Part shown: positions 13,505-26,800 of the stretch, one piece after another
How the letters are laid out: every line of letters begins with the position of its first letter
Numbering within the stretch: position 1 is the stretch's first letter
Assembly: GCA_032718475.1 (NCBI GenBank)
Contig: JAUCBJ010004445.1
Span: 1-51,767, forward strand
DNA: 51,767 nucleotides
Direction: 5' to 3'
Source of the DNA: Nemertoderma westbladi
Taxonomy: Eukaryota; Animalia; Xenacoelomorpha
Made by a program: the position numbers and the translations under genes
Notes under the pieces: model-generated
Told to the model about the DNA's origin: nothing
What the model saw: the letters and a program-made list of their open reading frames with translations, nothing else
Database searches by the model: none

Positions 13505-13884
13505 ATTGTAGCCTACTCACGGTCTTTTAATTCTACTTCTAAATTAAGGATCATCCCATTAATTAAGAGTGATTGCAATTATTACACAGGCCTATATATT
13601 ATATAGGCCTATGTAATAATTCACAGTACATACTGTAATTATTAATAACTAATTGAAAACAATCGAATCAATCTTGCGTGGCCGTCTTTCTATCAGTACC
13701 AACAAATCACTACAAGATTGGAGCAATGCAACTGGTGCAATATCGATGGATACGCCTATTTCAAACGCTTGTAAATAAAGAATGAACGAAAAAATAAAAT
13801 TCTGGCGCACCCAGTAATTAGGCGGCAGATGAAACTATCTCTGTTTCAAATATATAGCAAGGGAAATAATGTACTATAGAACAT

Positions 13885-16800
13885 TATAATTATTATTATC
13901 GTTATTATATTTGTTAGTGAAGTAATCCCAAACCAATATACGAGAATAACCGAGAATATGTGATGCAATAAATTACATGATTATGAGAGTAACAACTGGA
14001 TGACTTATTGACTATAGCGTGAGTGATACTACTACTACTAGGATCGGCATGCTGCATTGCAGCTGCATTTTTAAGAATGCTGTGCCGGCTTGTCAACAAA
14101 ATTGCACCGCCACAACTCCCTATCACCAATGACATTTGCTAGATCATCCGCATCTTCAAGGCCAGTGTCCTTTAAGATGCGTCTCAAGAAAGTCATGGGC
14201 TGTCCACCATGCTTATTCACTCCATGAGGCTGCCAAAGTACAAGATTATGCACTGGCTGGTCCTCACGGCGAAAGCAATGTCCTGCAAAGCGGAGGCAAT
14301 TTTGTTCTAGTGTCAAGCTTGGGGGAACCAATGAGACACCTCCAATGTTATATAGTGCCTGGTTGGAGATGTGTGCATTGTACTTGACACAATGAACCCG
14401 GCGTAGCATTCTTGTGAATGTGCCATCCAGAGATTTATTTGGTGTCCTCAGCAGTTAGAGCCCAGCATGGACACACATAGAGGAGTACTGGAACTACTGC
14501 TGCTCTAAATAATCGGACCTTAAGTTTCCGATTAATTCTCGGTGACTTCCAAATCCTGGAAAGCCTATTCAAGGCTGCCCATGCCTTTCCCTTACGTTTT
14601 CGAAGGTCCTCACCTGACTTCCGGATCCATGATCCCAGGTAACAGAAGTCGTCTATCAACGCTAGTAACGGTGAACCACGCTTAATCTTCGTAGTTTTTG
14701 TCGATTTCAAAAAGGCGTTCGACATGGTCAGCGGCGCAAAATTGTTACATAAACTGTTTAGTATGGGAATTAGAGGAAAGGTATATAACCTAATAAAAGA
14801 CCTACTTAACAACAGGATCAGAGTGTGAGACGGACTGCGATTTACAGACATTATACAACAGCTAAGAGGAATATTACAAGGAGACTGTCTGTCCCCCACA
14901 ACATTAATAAATTCATCGCCGACCTAGCCTCAGTGTTACGCTCCGCCGCAGCCTGTCTCAGATTCCTGTTTTATGCAGATGACCTAGCGTTATACTCGTC
15001 CAACCGGGTTGATATACAAAGATGACTTGATGCACTTTTGGAATGGAGCACAAAAAACGGCATGGTAGTAAACATAAAGAAAACGAAAATAATTAAATTT
15101 TGAAAAGGCGGAAGATTATCCTCGACGGACCAGTTCTTCTACAATGGGAACATAGTAGAAATAGTAAACAAATACGATTACCTCGGAGTAACTCTACAAC
15201 CGGCGCTCAGTTTCAGCAAACATATTAAATCCAAAATGGAAACCACTTTCAAAATAATTGGGTCTTTGAGACATCTACGTTGTTCGGTACATGTCTACTA
15301 TGATGGGATAGATGAGCTTTAAACACTCAGGTATTTTAAAGACCTCAGGGGGAACACCATCTACTCCACTGGCATGATTGGTCTTAATGCTCTTTGCAGC
15401 AGCCTTCACTTCTGCAAAGGAGATATCGCCAATGGGAATATCTGGGAGTACAGACTCAGACACTTTTACTTCTATAAAGTTATCAGGCAATACCCTGTCA
15501 TTATTGAGGAGCTTTTCAAAGTGGGCTTTCCAACCATTGAGGCGATCGGCTGGTGATTCAGCCTTAACCTTGGTGGTTGGTTGGCTTTTCCGCCCAGTAA
15601 GCAAATTGATCGATTTCCATGCCTGGGATGATTGCCTGTTGTCGTCAGCATCATTAATGGCATCAACAGAGTACTTTAACATCATTAACAGAGTACTGCC
15701 TGTTCAGGGACCTAGATGCAGCCTTAACTGCATTCTTGGCCGCTGTAGTCTGTTTGAGTCGGGACTCTTTCTGCGCCTTATGAAGGTCATTTCGGCACTT
15801 CTGAATTTTGTTGTCAGTCCAGGGGGCCCTTTTCCTGTTTCGAGGGTATACAGGAACAGTGATCTGCCGCCTCGAGGCAAGAGCCTCATACCTGTTGCTC
15901 AGCTGTAGTGTGAAGCTGGATCTCACACTTGGCTGTTGCAACAGAGAGGACCAGTCATGCCGCGGCAAGGCAGATTTCGTTGTTCTGCTAGCACGCAGAC
16001 TAAGTCTTACCTTGGCCACAATAAGGCGGTGATCACTGAAGAAGGGTCGAAGTGTAAATGCATTACAGTCTTGTATAGAGCTCCTGTATTTCCTACGAAA
16101 CAGAATATGGTCTATCTGGGACTTGTGACCACTGGGTCCACTATGAGTCCATAGCTTTCCAGTTCGCTTCTTGAACTGGGTTCCAGCCGAAAACAATCCA
16201 TTTCCAGAGATAAAATCCTGAAGAAGGACAGAATTTCGGTTAACACTATTGCTATAGACCCAGGGCGATGTAGGTGATTGATGCAGACTTGCATTAAAGT
16301 CTCCCAGGAATGTTAAGAATGCATGCTGATCCACTCCATCAGTAGCTGCTTGTAGATTGTGGTAGAAATTTTCCACCTCCTCTACAGGGGCAACACTAGT
16401 TGGAGAGTAGCACACAATCAGAACCACCTTAGGAAACTTCTTAGCCAGTCTTCCAAAACGTGAGAAGTGGCAACGGATGATGCGGTTAGAGATTTGGTCT
16501 ATTTTATCCAATGCTGCATGTGCAGTTGGATTCATCAATAGACCAATTCCACCATTGCCACTATCATCTGCTGACGCGAGGGCGAGTTGCCAACCGCCCC
16601 GCCCCCCATGTCCTTAATCAGAACCTCATCAGTCTGTCCAGTCTGCATTCGGTGCTCTTGAACACCCACTGCGCTAAGAGAAAGCTTATCTGCCAAGGCA
16701 GTCAGCTCACCTTGTCGCATTGGGGACCCGAGTGTTAGGGTGTTTATTGAGGCTAGTCTAGTGACTTGCCTCAGATTCACCAATGGCTTTGTTGGTCGGG

Positions 16801-17270
16801 GTGGAACATGAGAGTAGCCTCCAACTCCAGAATCCCTCTCCCCTCACAATCTGGCCTTCCTGGTGACCCAGGGTTTGGGCTAGAAAGGTCATCAGGAAAG
16901 GGACTCAAAGAATTGTTGGCTGCTCTCTCTCCAGTAGGGGGTAAGACAGGCAGCCGGTCAGGAGTTAACTGACGCCTGTGAGGCCGATTTCACTTTCACG
17001 GATTCACTCACTCACTAACGATCGTTCGTGTAACAAAGCCACTCGGATCATCACACTGTAAAGTGCTATTTAGAGAAGTTTGCTGTGATTGGTACTATCT
17101 TTTCTTAGTCATTCAGCCTGCCTTTAGCCAACCAGCCCGGCCAGGCTGTGGTTCTTTCTGGCTATTATGCTAGGCTGAGGGCTAAGGTAAGTTATAGCTC
17201 GTGGAGTAGTGAGCTTATCTAAGTGACAAGAGACGACGCACGATTTGCAGCTTATATATATGGATGGATG
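13885..17270 (-). mobile_element. Disrupted RTE-like non-LTR retrotransposon in an ACMSD intron
   Basis: APE endonuclease motifs (SINTLTL, GVQEHR, CYSPT, LGDFNA, SQIDHIL, SDHRL) at 16783-15663. Pre-RT region ASGVDGVPPEVFK. Post-RT/thumb region FCYLGS...LFRAAVVPVLLY...LRFAGHCFR. (TAA)n-like tail near 13885-13910. Several frameshifts. Confidence 0.9.
14680..15277 (+). mobile_element. Inverted RT-core fragment of a second LINE family, related to ORF2 at 36863-39775
   Basis: The + strand translates to VFVDFKKAFDMVS...LRGILQGDCLSP...FYADDL...KTKIIKF*KGGRLS...YDYLG...IGSLRHL, with stops and a frameshift. Collinear with the intact element. Confidence 0.9.
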
Positions 17271-17929
17271 GATGTTTTAGGAAACTGGTTTATTCCATGG
17301 GTGCATTTCTACAATAAATGTCACTCTATCTCTCTCTCTCTCTTATATTGTTCAGTACTGTAACTTATATTGTGTTATTGGTGATTACGCTACTTCGCAC
17401 CATACGTGCAATAGCATTGTTGGTGAGACAACATTATCTAGTAAATGCCATTATATTACAAGTCAATAAGAACCCTCTTATTTATTACACTGCTTCTGGG
17501 GTCTAACACATATCCTCGACAGGCCACTCGTTGGACTGACGGCAGGTTCCCTGAGCGAAACCAGAAGTCACGTGAGAAGGAAGGTAAGCATTTCTACTAG
17601 AGAGCGCCTGTGGAATCGTATAAGGGTCTTTCGAGAATCTCACCCACTCGACGAAAGATATCCCTCTGGTGACCTTTGCCAGAGTTCTCTTACAATATTT
17701 ACGGAGGAATAATATGGAGACGAGAGTCAATAGTTAAGATATTGTAAAAAGGTATACTGTGACTTTTGTACATACAGTATATACCACCGTTCAGCATTTA
17801 GCTCTTAAACGGGAGTTTCTTTAACTGGTGGTGTCTGAAAGTCTCAAAAATCTTAACTTCTGTTCAACTCGACAGCTTTAAATCATACCACATAATCATA
17901 CACATTAGCATGTCAATATCAGGTTCCAC

Positions 17930-18185
17930 CTTGTGTTGTGGTTGCCTTGAATTCACATCTCCTGTAGGTCGTAGGTTCGATCCTCACTTGGGCCAGGGCA
18001 GTTTTCGTTTCGGCACGAATGCTTTAAAGGGACCAGCCAGGGCGCATCTCTGCCTTACATCCTTAAGTGGAAGCTAAATGAGTACTAGAGTTTCCTCTGG
18101 GGAGTAAAGTGCTGGGGGGACTGACTGGAAATAAGTCGTCAGACTTTGTGCGTAATCCCTGGCCTAGCGGCCGAAGAAAATTTAA
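17930..18185 (+). mobile_element. tRNA-derived SINE
   Basis: B-box GGTTCGATCC at ~17974, central ...TAAATGAGTAC...CTGGGGAGTAAAG motif, AT-rich tail. A second partial copy lies at 10880-10975. Confidence 0.65.
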
Positions 18186-18443
18186 TTTTACTTTAATCGA
18201 AACGGCGGCGTAGACGACAACTATTTGTAATTATTAACCAAACCCCAACAGCAGGACCTACTGTCAGATCGCTAAGTCTTTGTCAACTTCATGGCTCGCC
18301 CCACATTTATTTTATTTTAATAAATTGAATTGTGTATTTTGGTTCTTGATATTATATTATATCTTAACGATAATTATTAACGTAAAGTAGTTAACGGATA
18401 TAATTAAGCTGATTTTTAACCAGTTGAATATATTTATCGGTAG

Positions 18444-18621
18444 GATTTAGGACTGGTTGGTATGACAATTGGGAGTCATGTGAACGATCTCAACCTCGAC
18501 TCTGTTATCTTCCGACCGGTGTTTGAGGAGGCCGAACGATTAGGTCTTCCAATATTCCTTCATCCATGGGATATGCAGTCACAGGAAAGACTTTCCGAAT
18601 ACTGGTTACCTTGGCTTGTGG
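18444..18621 (+). CDS. ACMSD: ACMSD internal exon (DLGLVGMTIGSHVND...IFLHPWDMQSQERLSEYWLPWLVG)
   Basis: TAG/GTATGT flanked, 178 nt, phase 0/1. Contains the conserved HPWDM and YWLPWLVG motifs. Confidence 0.96.
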
Positions 18622-19558
18622 GTATGTACACGTACAGTATACTCTGTATGCACAAGTACACTAATACACGATGTGGGGCCTTTGCGTAGCACGTGAAGTT
18701 ATGTTAAGAGTCAACTCAAAATAATTATAAGCAAAATATAAGCAGATGTCCCCTAATCACTTTACCACCTAGAGATAGACTGGGTAACTGCAGTCGATGT
18801 TAGACTTCACAAAAACTCTGTCTGAGGTCTAGAATATATATGTACCAGGTTCAAACAGGAAGAAAGGATTATAAACAATAATACCAAATGGCTGAAGGTT
18901 TTATTTCACACATTTCTAACAATAACAATTATGTTTTCATTTCAGACATTTCTAAAATGTTACCATTTCAGCCCAATAGCGGTAGATTGGGATAACTTCC
19001 TTGAATCACCTTCCTCAAAAAGGCATGTGGTCGGGTACATATATTCCAAGATTCAGCTTAAATAGATTAAGATAACAGGACATGGGGAAGTTTATAATTT
19101 TCATACTTATCGCCCTCTAGCGGCAGACTAGGGAACTGGAGACCGATTACCGACCCCACAATGTCACAGATTGTGTTCTAGCACATACCTTAAATTATAA
19201 ATAGCGGAAAGGTTAAAAAGATTTCACATTAAGAAATTTCGCCCTGTATCGAGAGACTGTTTAACTGATGGTGTCTGAAAGACTCTATAAAAAATCCCAA
19301 CTTTTGGTCTTATTGATTACTACAAATATTAAACTCGACGGCTTTAAATCCGGCAAAAGTTATTAGAATGTCAGAATCGTCCTAATAGTGTCAGTTCCCT
19401 AAGGCTCCGCCAATTTCGTGGCTCGACCCACAATACTAAACCTTATCAGGAATGATTGATTATGTTTATATATTTTCTCTGATCTTAGGGGGCATTCTAA
19501 AATTAATTGTTCTCTAAATTAAAGATTTTCTAAATGTTTCAATATAATTCTAGAATAA

Positions 19559-19745
19559 AATCAACTTACTACGGTGAGGAGAAATAGTAAACCATCACAA
19601 ACGGAATAATTACACCAATAATGTACAATTTAATATTCCGCTTGTGTTGCTTTAGGGTTTCTCCTCACCACATTAAGTTGATTAAATTCCTCACCTGAGT
19701 AAGGCTCCCCCACAAGAAGGGGAGTTGAAATATTGTGACAATTTA
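19559..19745 (+). mobile_element. Penelope-like pLTR relic: inverted repeat plus a degenerate minimal hammerhead ribozyme
   Basis: Inverted arms AATCAACTTA..GGTGAGGAGAAA / TTTCTCCTCACC..TAAGTTGATT. Then TCAC-CTGAGTA-AGGCTCCCC..GGGGAGTT-GAAA-TATT-GTGA at 19691-19738. Confidence 0.5.
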
Positions 19746-19918
19746 ATAATTTTTGCAATACATTTCATCATTCATTGTCCCGCTATCTACCTATTTGATA
19801 TGAACATGAATGATAACTCTTCTCAATAATTCTAGAAGTATGCTCTAAACCTAAACTAAACAATGTTCTAAATGTTTTAAGATTATCTCCAGCTTACGAT
19901 TCTCTGTCTATGTTACAG

Positions 19919-20038
19919 GAATGCCTACAGAAACCTGCACTGCAATATGTTCTCTGATATTCGGTGGTGTTCTAGAATTATTCCCTAATTTGAAGATTTG
20001 CTTTGCACATGGTGGAGGAGTATTCCCTTATTTGATTG
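19919..20038 (+). CDS. ACMSD: ACMSD internal exon (GMPTETCTAICSLIFGGVLELFPNLKICFAHGGGVFPYLIG)
   Basis: CAG/GTAGG flanked, 120 nt, phase 1/1. Contains the FAHGGG motif. Not in the ORF track. Confidence 0.96.
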
Positions 20039-20209
20039 GTAGGAAATATGTTGTGACGTCACCATATAGAAACATATAGTATATAGAACTACATTACGTC
20101 ACTCAGGTTGACAGGACATTGTATTGTACCGGAATTAAATACTTGATTTTTTATCCCCGGCATTGTAGTGTTACTCGATTGCAATGTAAATACTTGATAT
20201 TGTATCTCA

Positions 20210-20860
20210 GAATATATTTGTTTTTTACTGATAAATTAAGAATATATTTGTTTTTTATCCCCGATTGAAATGTAAGAATATATTTGTTTTTTATGATAAA
20301 TTAAGAATATATTTGTTTTTTATGATAAATTAAGAATATATTTGTTTTTTATGATAAATTAAGAATATATTTGTTTTTTATGATAAATTAAGAATATATT
20401 TGTTTTTTATGATAAATTAAGAATATATTTGTTTTTTATGATAAATTAAGAATATATTTGTTTTTTATGATAAATTAAGAATATATTTGTTTTTTATGAT
20501 AAATTAAGAATATATTTGTTTTTTATGATAAATTAAGAATATATTTGTTTTTTATGATAAATTAATATATTTGTTATTTCTGTGGGGGGGGGGGGGGGGG
20601 GCAGGGCATTGAGAATATATTTGTTATTTCGTGGGGTATTGAGAATATATTTGTTATTTCGTGGGGTATTGAGAATATATTTGTTTTTTATGATAAATTA
20701 AGAATATATTTGTTTTTTATGATAAATTAAGAATATATTTGGTTTTTATGATAAATTAAGAATATATTTGTTATTTCTGTGGGGCATTGAGAATATATTT
20801 GTTATTTCGTGGGGTATTGAGAATATATTTGTTTTTTATGATAAATTAAGAATATACTGT
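20210..20860. repeat. 29-bp AT-rich variant array grading into the 30-bp array
   Basis: Unit AAGAATATATTTGTTTTTTATGATAAATT, interleaved with GAGAATATATTTGTTATTTCGTGGGGTATT units and a poly-G run near 20584-20601. Shares the AATATATTTGTT core with the 30-mer. Confidence 0.92.
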
Positions 20861-23800
20861 ATTTGTTATTTCTGTGGGGCATTGAGGATATATTTGTTTT
20901 TCTAGGCCGCATTGAACATATATTTGTTTTTCTATGCCGCATTGAACATATATTTGTTTTTCTAGGCCGCATTGAACATATACAGTATTTGTTTTTCTAT
21001 GCCGCATTGAACATATATTTGTTTTTCTATGCCGCATTGAACATATATTTGTTTTTCTAGGCTGCATTGAGAATATATTTGTTTTTCTAGGCCACATTGA
21101 GAATATATTTGTTTTTCTAGGCCGCATTGAGAATATATTTGTTTTTCTATGCCGCATTGAACATATATTTGTTTTTCTAGGCCGCATTGAACATATATTT
21201 GTTTTTCTAGGCCGCATTGAGAATATATTTGTTTTTCTATGCCGCATTGAATATATATTTGTTTTTCTAGGCCGCATTGAACATATATTTGTTTTTCTAG
21301 GCTGCATTGCACATATATTTGTTTTTATATGCCGCATTGAACATATATTTGTTTTTCTAGGCCGCATTCAACATATATTATTTTTCTAGGCCGCATTGAG
21401 AATATATTTGTTTTTCTAGCCCACATAGAGTATATATTCGTTTTTCTAGACCTCATTGCAGACATATTTTTTTTCTAGGCCGCATTGAGAATATATTTGT
21501 TTTTCTAGGCTGCATTGAACATATATTTGTTTTTCTAGGCCGCATTGAACATATATTTGTTTTCTAGGCCGCATTGAACATATATTTGTTTTTCTAGGCC
21601 GCATTGAACATTTATTTGTTTTTCTAGGCCACATTCAACATATATTTGTTTTTCTAGGCTGCATTGAACATATATTTGTTTTTCTAGGCCGCATTGAACA
21701 TATATTTGTTTTTCTAGGCCGCATTGAACATATATTTGTTTTTCTATGCCGCATTGAACATATATTTGTTTTTCTAGGCCGCATTAAACATATATTCTTT
21801 TTCTAGGCCGCATTGAGGATATATTTGTTTTTCTAGCCCACATAGAGGATATATTCGTTTTTCTAGACCTCATTGCAGATATATTTTTTTTCTAGGCCGC
21901 ATTGAGAATATATTTGTTTTTCTATGCCGCATTGAACATATATTTGTTTTTCTAGGCCGCATTGAGAATATATTTGTTTTTCTAGACCTCATTGCACATA
22001 TATTTTTTTAGGCTGCATTGAGAATATATTTGTTTTTCTAGCCCAAATTGAGGATAGATATATTTGTTTTTCTAGACCTCATTGCACATATATTTTTTTT
22101 CAAGGCCGCTTTGAGAATATATTTGTTTTTCTATGCCGCATTGAACATATATTTGTTTTGCTATGCCGCATTGAACATATATTTGTTTTTCTAGGCCGCA
22201 TTGAGAATATATTTGTTTTTCTAGGCCGCATTGAACATATATTTGTTTTTCTAGGCCGCATTGAACATATATTTGTTTTTCTAGACCTCATTGCACGTAT
22301 ATTTATTTTCTAGGCCGCATTGAACATATATTTGTTTTTATATGCCGCATTGAACATATATTTGTTTTTCTAGGCCGCATTGAGAATATATTTGTTTTTC
22401 TAGGCCGCATTGGACATATATTTGTTTTTCTAGGCTGCATTGAACATATATTTGTTTTTCTAGACCTCATTGCACATATATTTTTTTCTAGGCCGCATTG
22501 AACATATATTTGTTTTTCTAGGCCGCATTGAACATATATTTGTTTTTCTAGGCTGCATTGAACATATATTTGTTTTTCTAGACCTCATTGCACATATATT
22601 TTTTTTCTAGGCCGCATTGAACATATATTTGTTTTTCTAGACCTCATTGCACATATATTTTTTTTATAGGCCGCATTGAGAATATATTTGTTTTTCTATG
22701 CCGCATTGAACATATATTTGTTTTTCTATGCCGCATTGAACATATATTTGTTTTTCTAGGCCACATTGAGAATATATTTGTTTTTCTAGGCCGCATTGAG
22801 AATATATTTGTTTTTCTATGCCGCATTGAACATATATTTGTTTTTCTAGGCCGCATTAAACATTATTTGTTTTTCTAGGCCGCATTGAGAATATACTTGT
22901 TTTTCTAGGCCGCATTGAGGATATATTTGTTTTTCTAGCCCACATTGAGGATATATTTGTTTTTCTAGGCCGCATTGAGAACATATTTGTTTTCCTAGGC
23001 CGCATTGAACATATATTTTTTTTTTCTTGCCTGCATTGAACATATATTTGTTTTTCTAGGCCGCATTGAACATATATTTGTTTTTCTAGGCTGCATTGAA
23101 CATTTATTTGTTTTTCTAGGCCACATTCAACATATATTTGTTTTTCTAGGCTGCATTGAACATATATTTGTTTTTCTAGGCCGCATTGAACATATATTTG
23201 TTTTTCTAGGCCGCATTGAACATATATTTGTTTTTCTATGCCGCATTGAACATATATTTGTTTTTCTAGGCCGCATTAAACATATATTCTTTTTCTAGGC
23301 CGCATTGAGGATATATTTGTTTTTCTAGCCCACATTGAGGATAGATATATTTGTTTTTCTAGACCTCATTGCACATATATTTTTTTTCAAGGCCGCTTTG
23401 AGAATATATTTGTTTTTCTATGCCGCATTGAACATATATTTGTTTTTCTATGCCGCATTGAACATATATTTGTTTTTCTAGGCCGCATTGAGAATATATT
23501 TGTTTTTCTAGGCCGCATTGAGAATATATTTGTTTTTCTAGGCCGCATTGAACATATATTTGTTTTTCTAGGCCGCATTGAACATATATTTGTTTTTCTA
23601 GACCTCATTGCACGTATATTATTTTCTAGGCCGCATTGAACATATATTTGTTTTTCTATGCCGCATTGAACATATATTTGTTTTTCTAGGCCGCATTGAG
23701 AATATATTTGTTTTTCTAGGCTGCATTGAGAATATATTTGTTTTTCTAGCCCACATTGAGGATATATTTGTTTTTCTAGACCTCATTGCACATATATTTT

Positions 23801-26800
23801 TTTTCTAGGCCGCATTGAACATAAATTTGTTTTTCTTGGCCGCATTGAACATATATTTGTTTTTCTAGGCCGCATTGAGAATATATTTGTTTTTCTATGC
23901 CGCATTGAACATATATTTGTTTTTCTATGCCGCATTGAACATATATTTGTTTTTCTAGGCCACATTGAGAATATATTTGTTTTTCTAGGCCGCATTGAAC
24001 ATATATTTGTTTTTCTAGGCCACATTGAGAATATATTTGTTTTTCTAGGCCGCATTGAACATATATTTGTTTTTCTAGACCTCATTGCACATATATTTTT
24101 TTTATAGGCCGCATTGAGAATATATTTGTTTTTCTATGCCGCATTGAACATATATTTGTTTTTCTATGCCGCATTGAACATATATTTGTTTTTCTAGACC
24201 ACATTGAGAATATATTTGTTTTTCTAGGCCGCATTGAACATATATTTGTTTTTCTAGGCCGCATTGAGAATATGTTTGTTTTTCTATGCCGAGTTGTACA
24301 TATATTTGTTTTTCTAGGCCGCATTGAACATATATTTGTTTTTCTATGCCGCATTGAACATATATTTGTTTTTCTAGGCTGCATTGAACATATATTTGTT
24401 TTTCTAGGCCGCATTGAACATATATTTGTTTTTCTAGGCCGCATTGAACATATATTTGTTTTTCTAGGCCGCATTGAGAATATATTTGTTTTTCTAAGCC
24501 ACATTGAACATATATTTGTTTTTCTAGGCCGCATTGAGAATATATTTGTTTTTCTATGCCGCATTGAACATATATTTGTTTTTCTAGGCCACATTGAGAA
24601 TATATTTGTTTTTCTATGCCGCATTGAACATATATTTGTTTTTCTAGGCCGCATTGAACATATATTTGTTTTTCTAGACCTCATTGCACGTATATTATTT
24701 TCTAGGCCGCATTGAACATATATTTGTTTTTCTATGCCGCATTGAACATATATTTGTTTTTCTAGGCCGCATTGAGAATATATTTGTTTTTCTAGGCTGC
24801 ATTGAGAATATATTTGTTTTTCTAGCCCACATTGAGGATATATTTGTTTTTCTAGACCTCATTGCACATATATTTTTTTTCTAGGCCGCATTGAACATAA
24901 ATTTGTTTTTCTTGGCCGCATTGAACATATATTTGTTTTTCTAGGCCGCATTGAGAATATATTTGTTTTTCTATGCCGCATTGAACATATATTTGTTTTT
25001 CTATGCCGCATTGAACATATATTTGTTTTTCTAGGCCACATTGAGAATATATTTGTTTTTCTAGGCCGCATTGAACATATATTTGTTTTTCTAGGCCACA
25101 TTGAGAATATATTTGTTTTTCTAGGCCGCATTGAACATATATTTGTTTTTCTAGACCTCATTGCACATATATTTTTTTTATAGGCCGCATTGAGAATATA
25201 TTTGTTTTTCTATGCCGCATTGAACATATATTTGTTTTTCTATGCCGCATTGAACATATATTTGTTTTTCTAGACCACATTGAGAATATATTTGTTTTTC
25301 TAGGCCGCATTGAACATATATTTGTTTTTCTAGGCCGCATTGAGAATATGTTTGTTTTTCTATGCCGAGTTGTACATATATTTGTTTTTCTAGGCCGCAT
25401 TGAACATATATTTGTTTTTCTATGCCGCATTGAACATATATTTGTTTTTCTAGGCTGCATTGAACATATATTTGTTTTTCTAGGCCGCATTGAACATATA
25501 TTTGTTTTTCTAGGCCGCATTGAACATATATTTGTTTTTCTAGGCCGCATTGAGAATATATTTGTTTTTCTAAGCCACATTGAACATATATTTGTTTTTC
25601 TAGGCCGCATTGAGAATATATTTGTTTTTCTAGGCCGCATTGAACATATATTTGTTTTTCTAGGCCGCATTGAGAATATGTTTGTTTTTCTATGCCGAGT
25701 TGTACATATATTTGTTTTTCTAGGCCGCATTGAACATATATTTGTTTTTCTATGCCGCATTGAACATATATTTGTTTTTCTAGGCTGCATTGAACATATA
25801 TTTGTTTTTCTAGGCCGCATTGAACATATATTTGTTTTTCTAGGCCGCATTGAACATATATTTGTTTTTCTAGGCCGCATTGAGAATATATTTGTTTTTC
25901 TAAGCCACATTGAACATATATTTGTTTTTCTAGGCCGCATTGAGAATATATTTGTTTTTCTATGCCGCATTGAACATATATTTGTTTTTCTAGGCCACAT
26001 TGAGAATATATTTGTTTTTCTATGCCGCATTGAACATATATTTGTTTTTCTAGGCCGCATTGAACATATATATGTTTTTCTAGGCTGCATTGAACATATA
26101 TTTGTTTTTCTAGACCTCATTGCACATATATTTTTTTTCTAGGCCACATTGAACATATATTTGTTTTTCTAGACCTCATTGCACATATATTTTTTTTATA
26201 GGCCGCATTGAGAATATATTTGTTTTTCTATGCCGCATTGAGAATATATTTGTTTTTCTATGCCGCATTGAACATATATTTGTTTTTCTAGGCCGCATTG
26301 AGAATATATTTGTTTTTCTATGCCGCATTGAACATATATTTGTTTTTCTAGGCCGCATTGAGAATATATTTGTTTTTCTATGCCGAGTTGTACATATATT
26401 TGTTTTTCTAGGCCGCATTGAACATATATTTGTTTTTCTATGCCGTATTTAACATATATTTGTTTTTCTAGGCTGCATTGAACATATATTTGTTTTTCTA
26501 GGCCGCATTGAACATATATTTGTTTTTCTAGGCCGCATTGAACATATATTTGTTTTTCTAGGCCGCATTGAGAATATATTTGTTTTTCTAAGCCACATTG
26601 AACATATATTTGTTTTTCTAGGCCGCATTGAGAATATATTTGTTTTTCTATGCCGCATTGAACATATATTTGTTTTTCTAGGCCACATTGAGAATATATT
26701 TGTTTTTCTATGCCGCATTGAACATATATTTGTTTTTCTAGGCCGCATTAAACATATATTTGTTTTTCTAGGCCGCATTGAGAATATACTTGTTTTTCTA

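Noticed and set aside
16950-17270. HDV-like ribozyme at the RTE 5' end
   Set aside because: Known for some RTE elements, but I could not fold a convincing nested double pseudoknot by eye.
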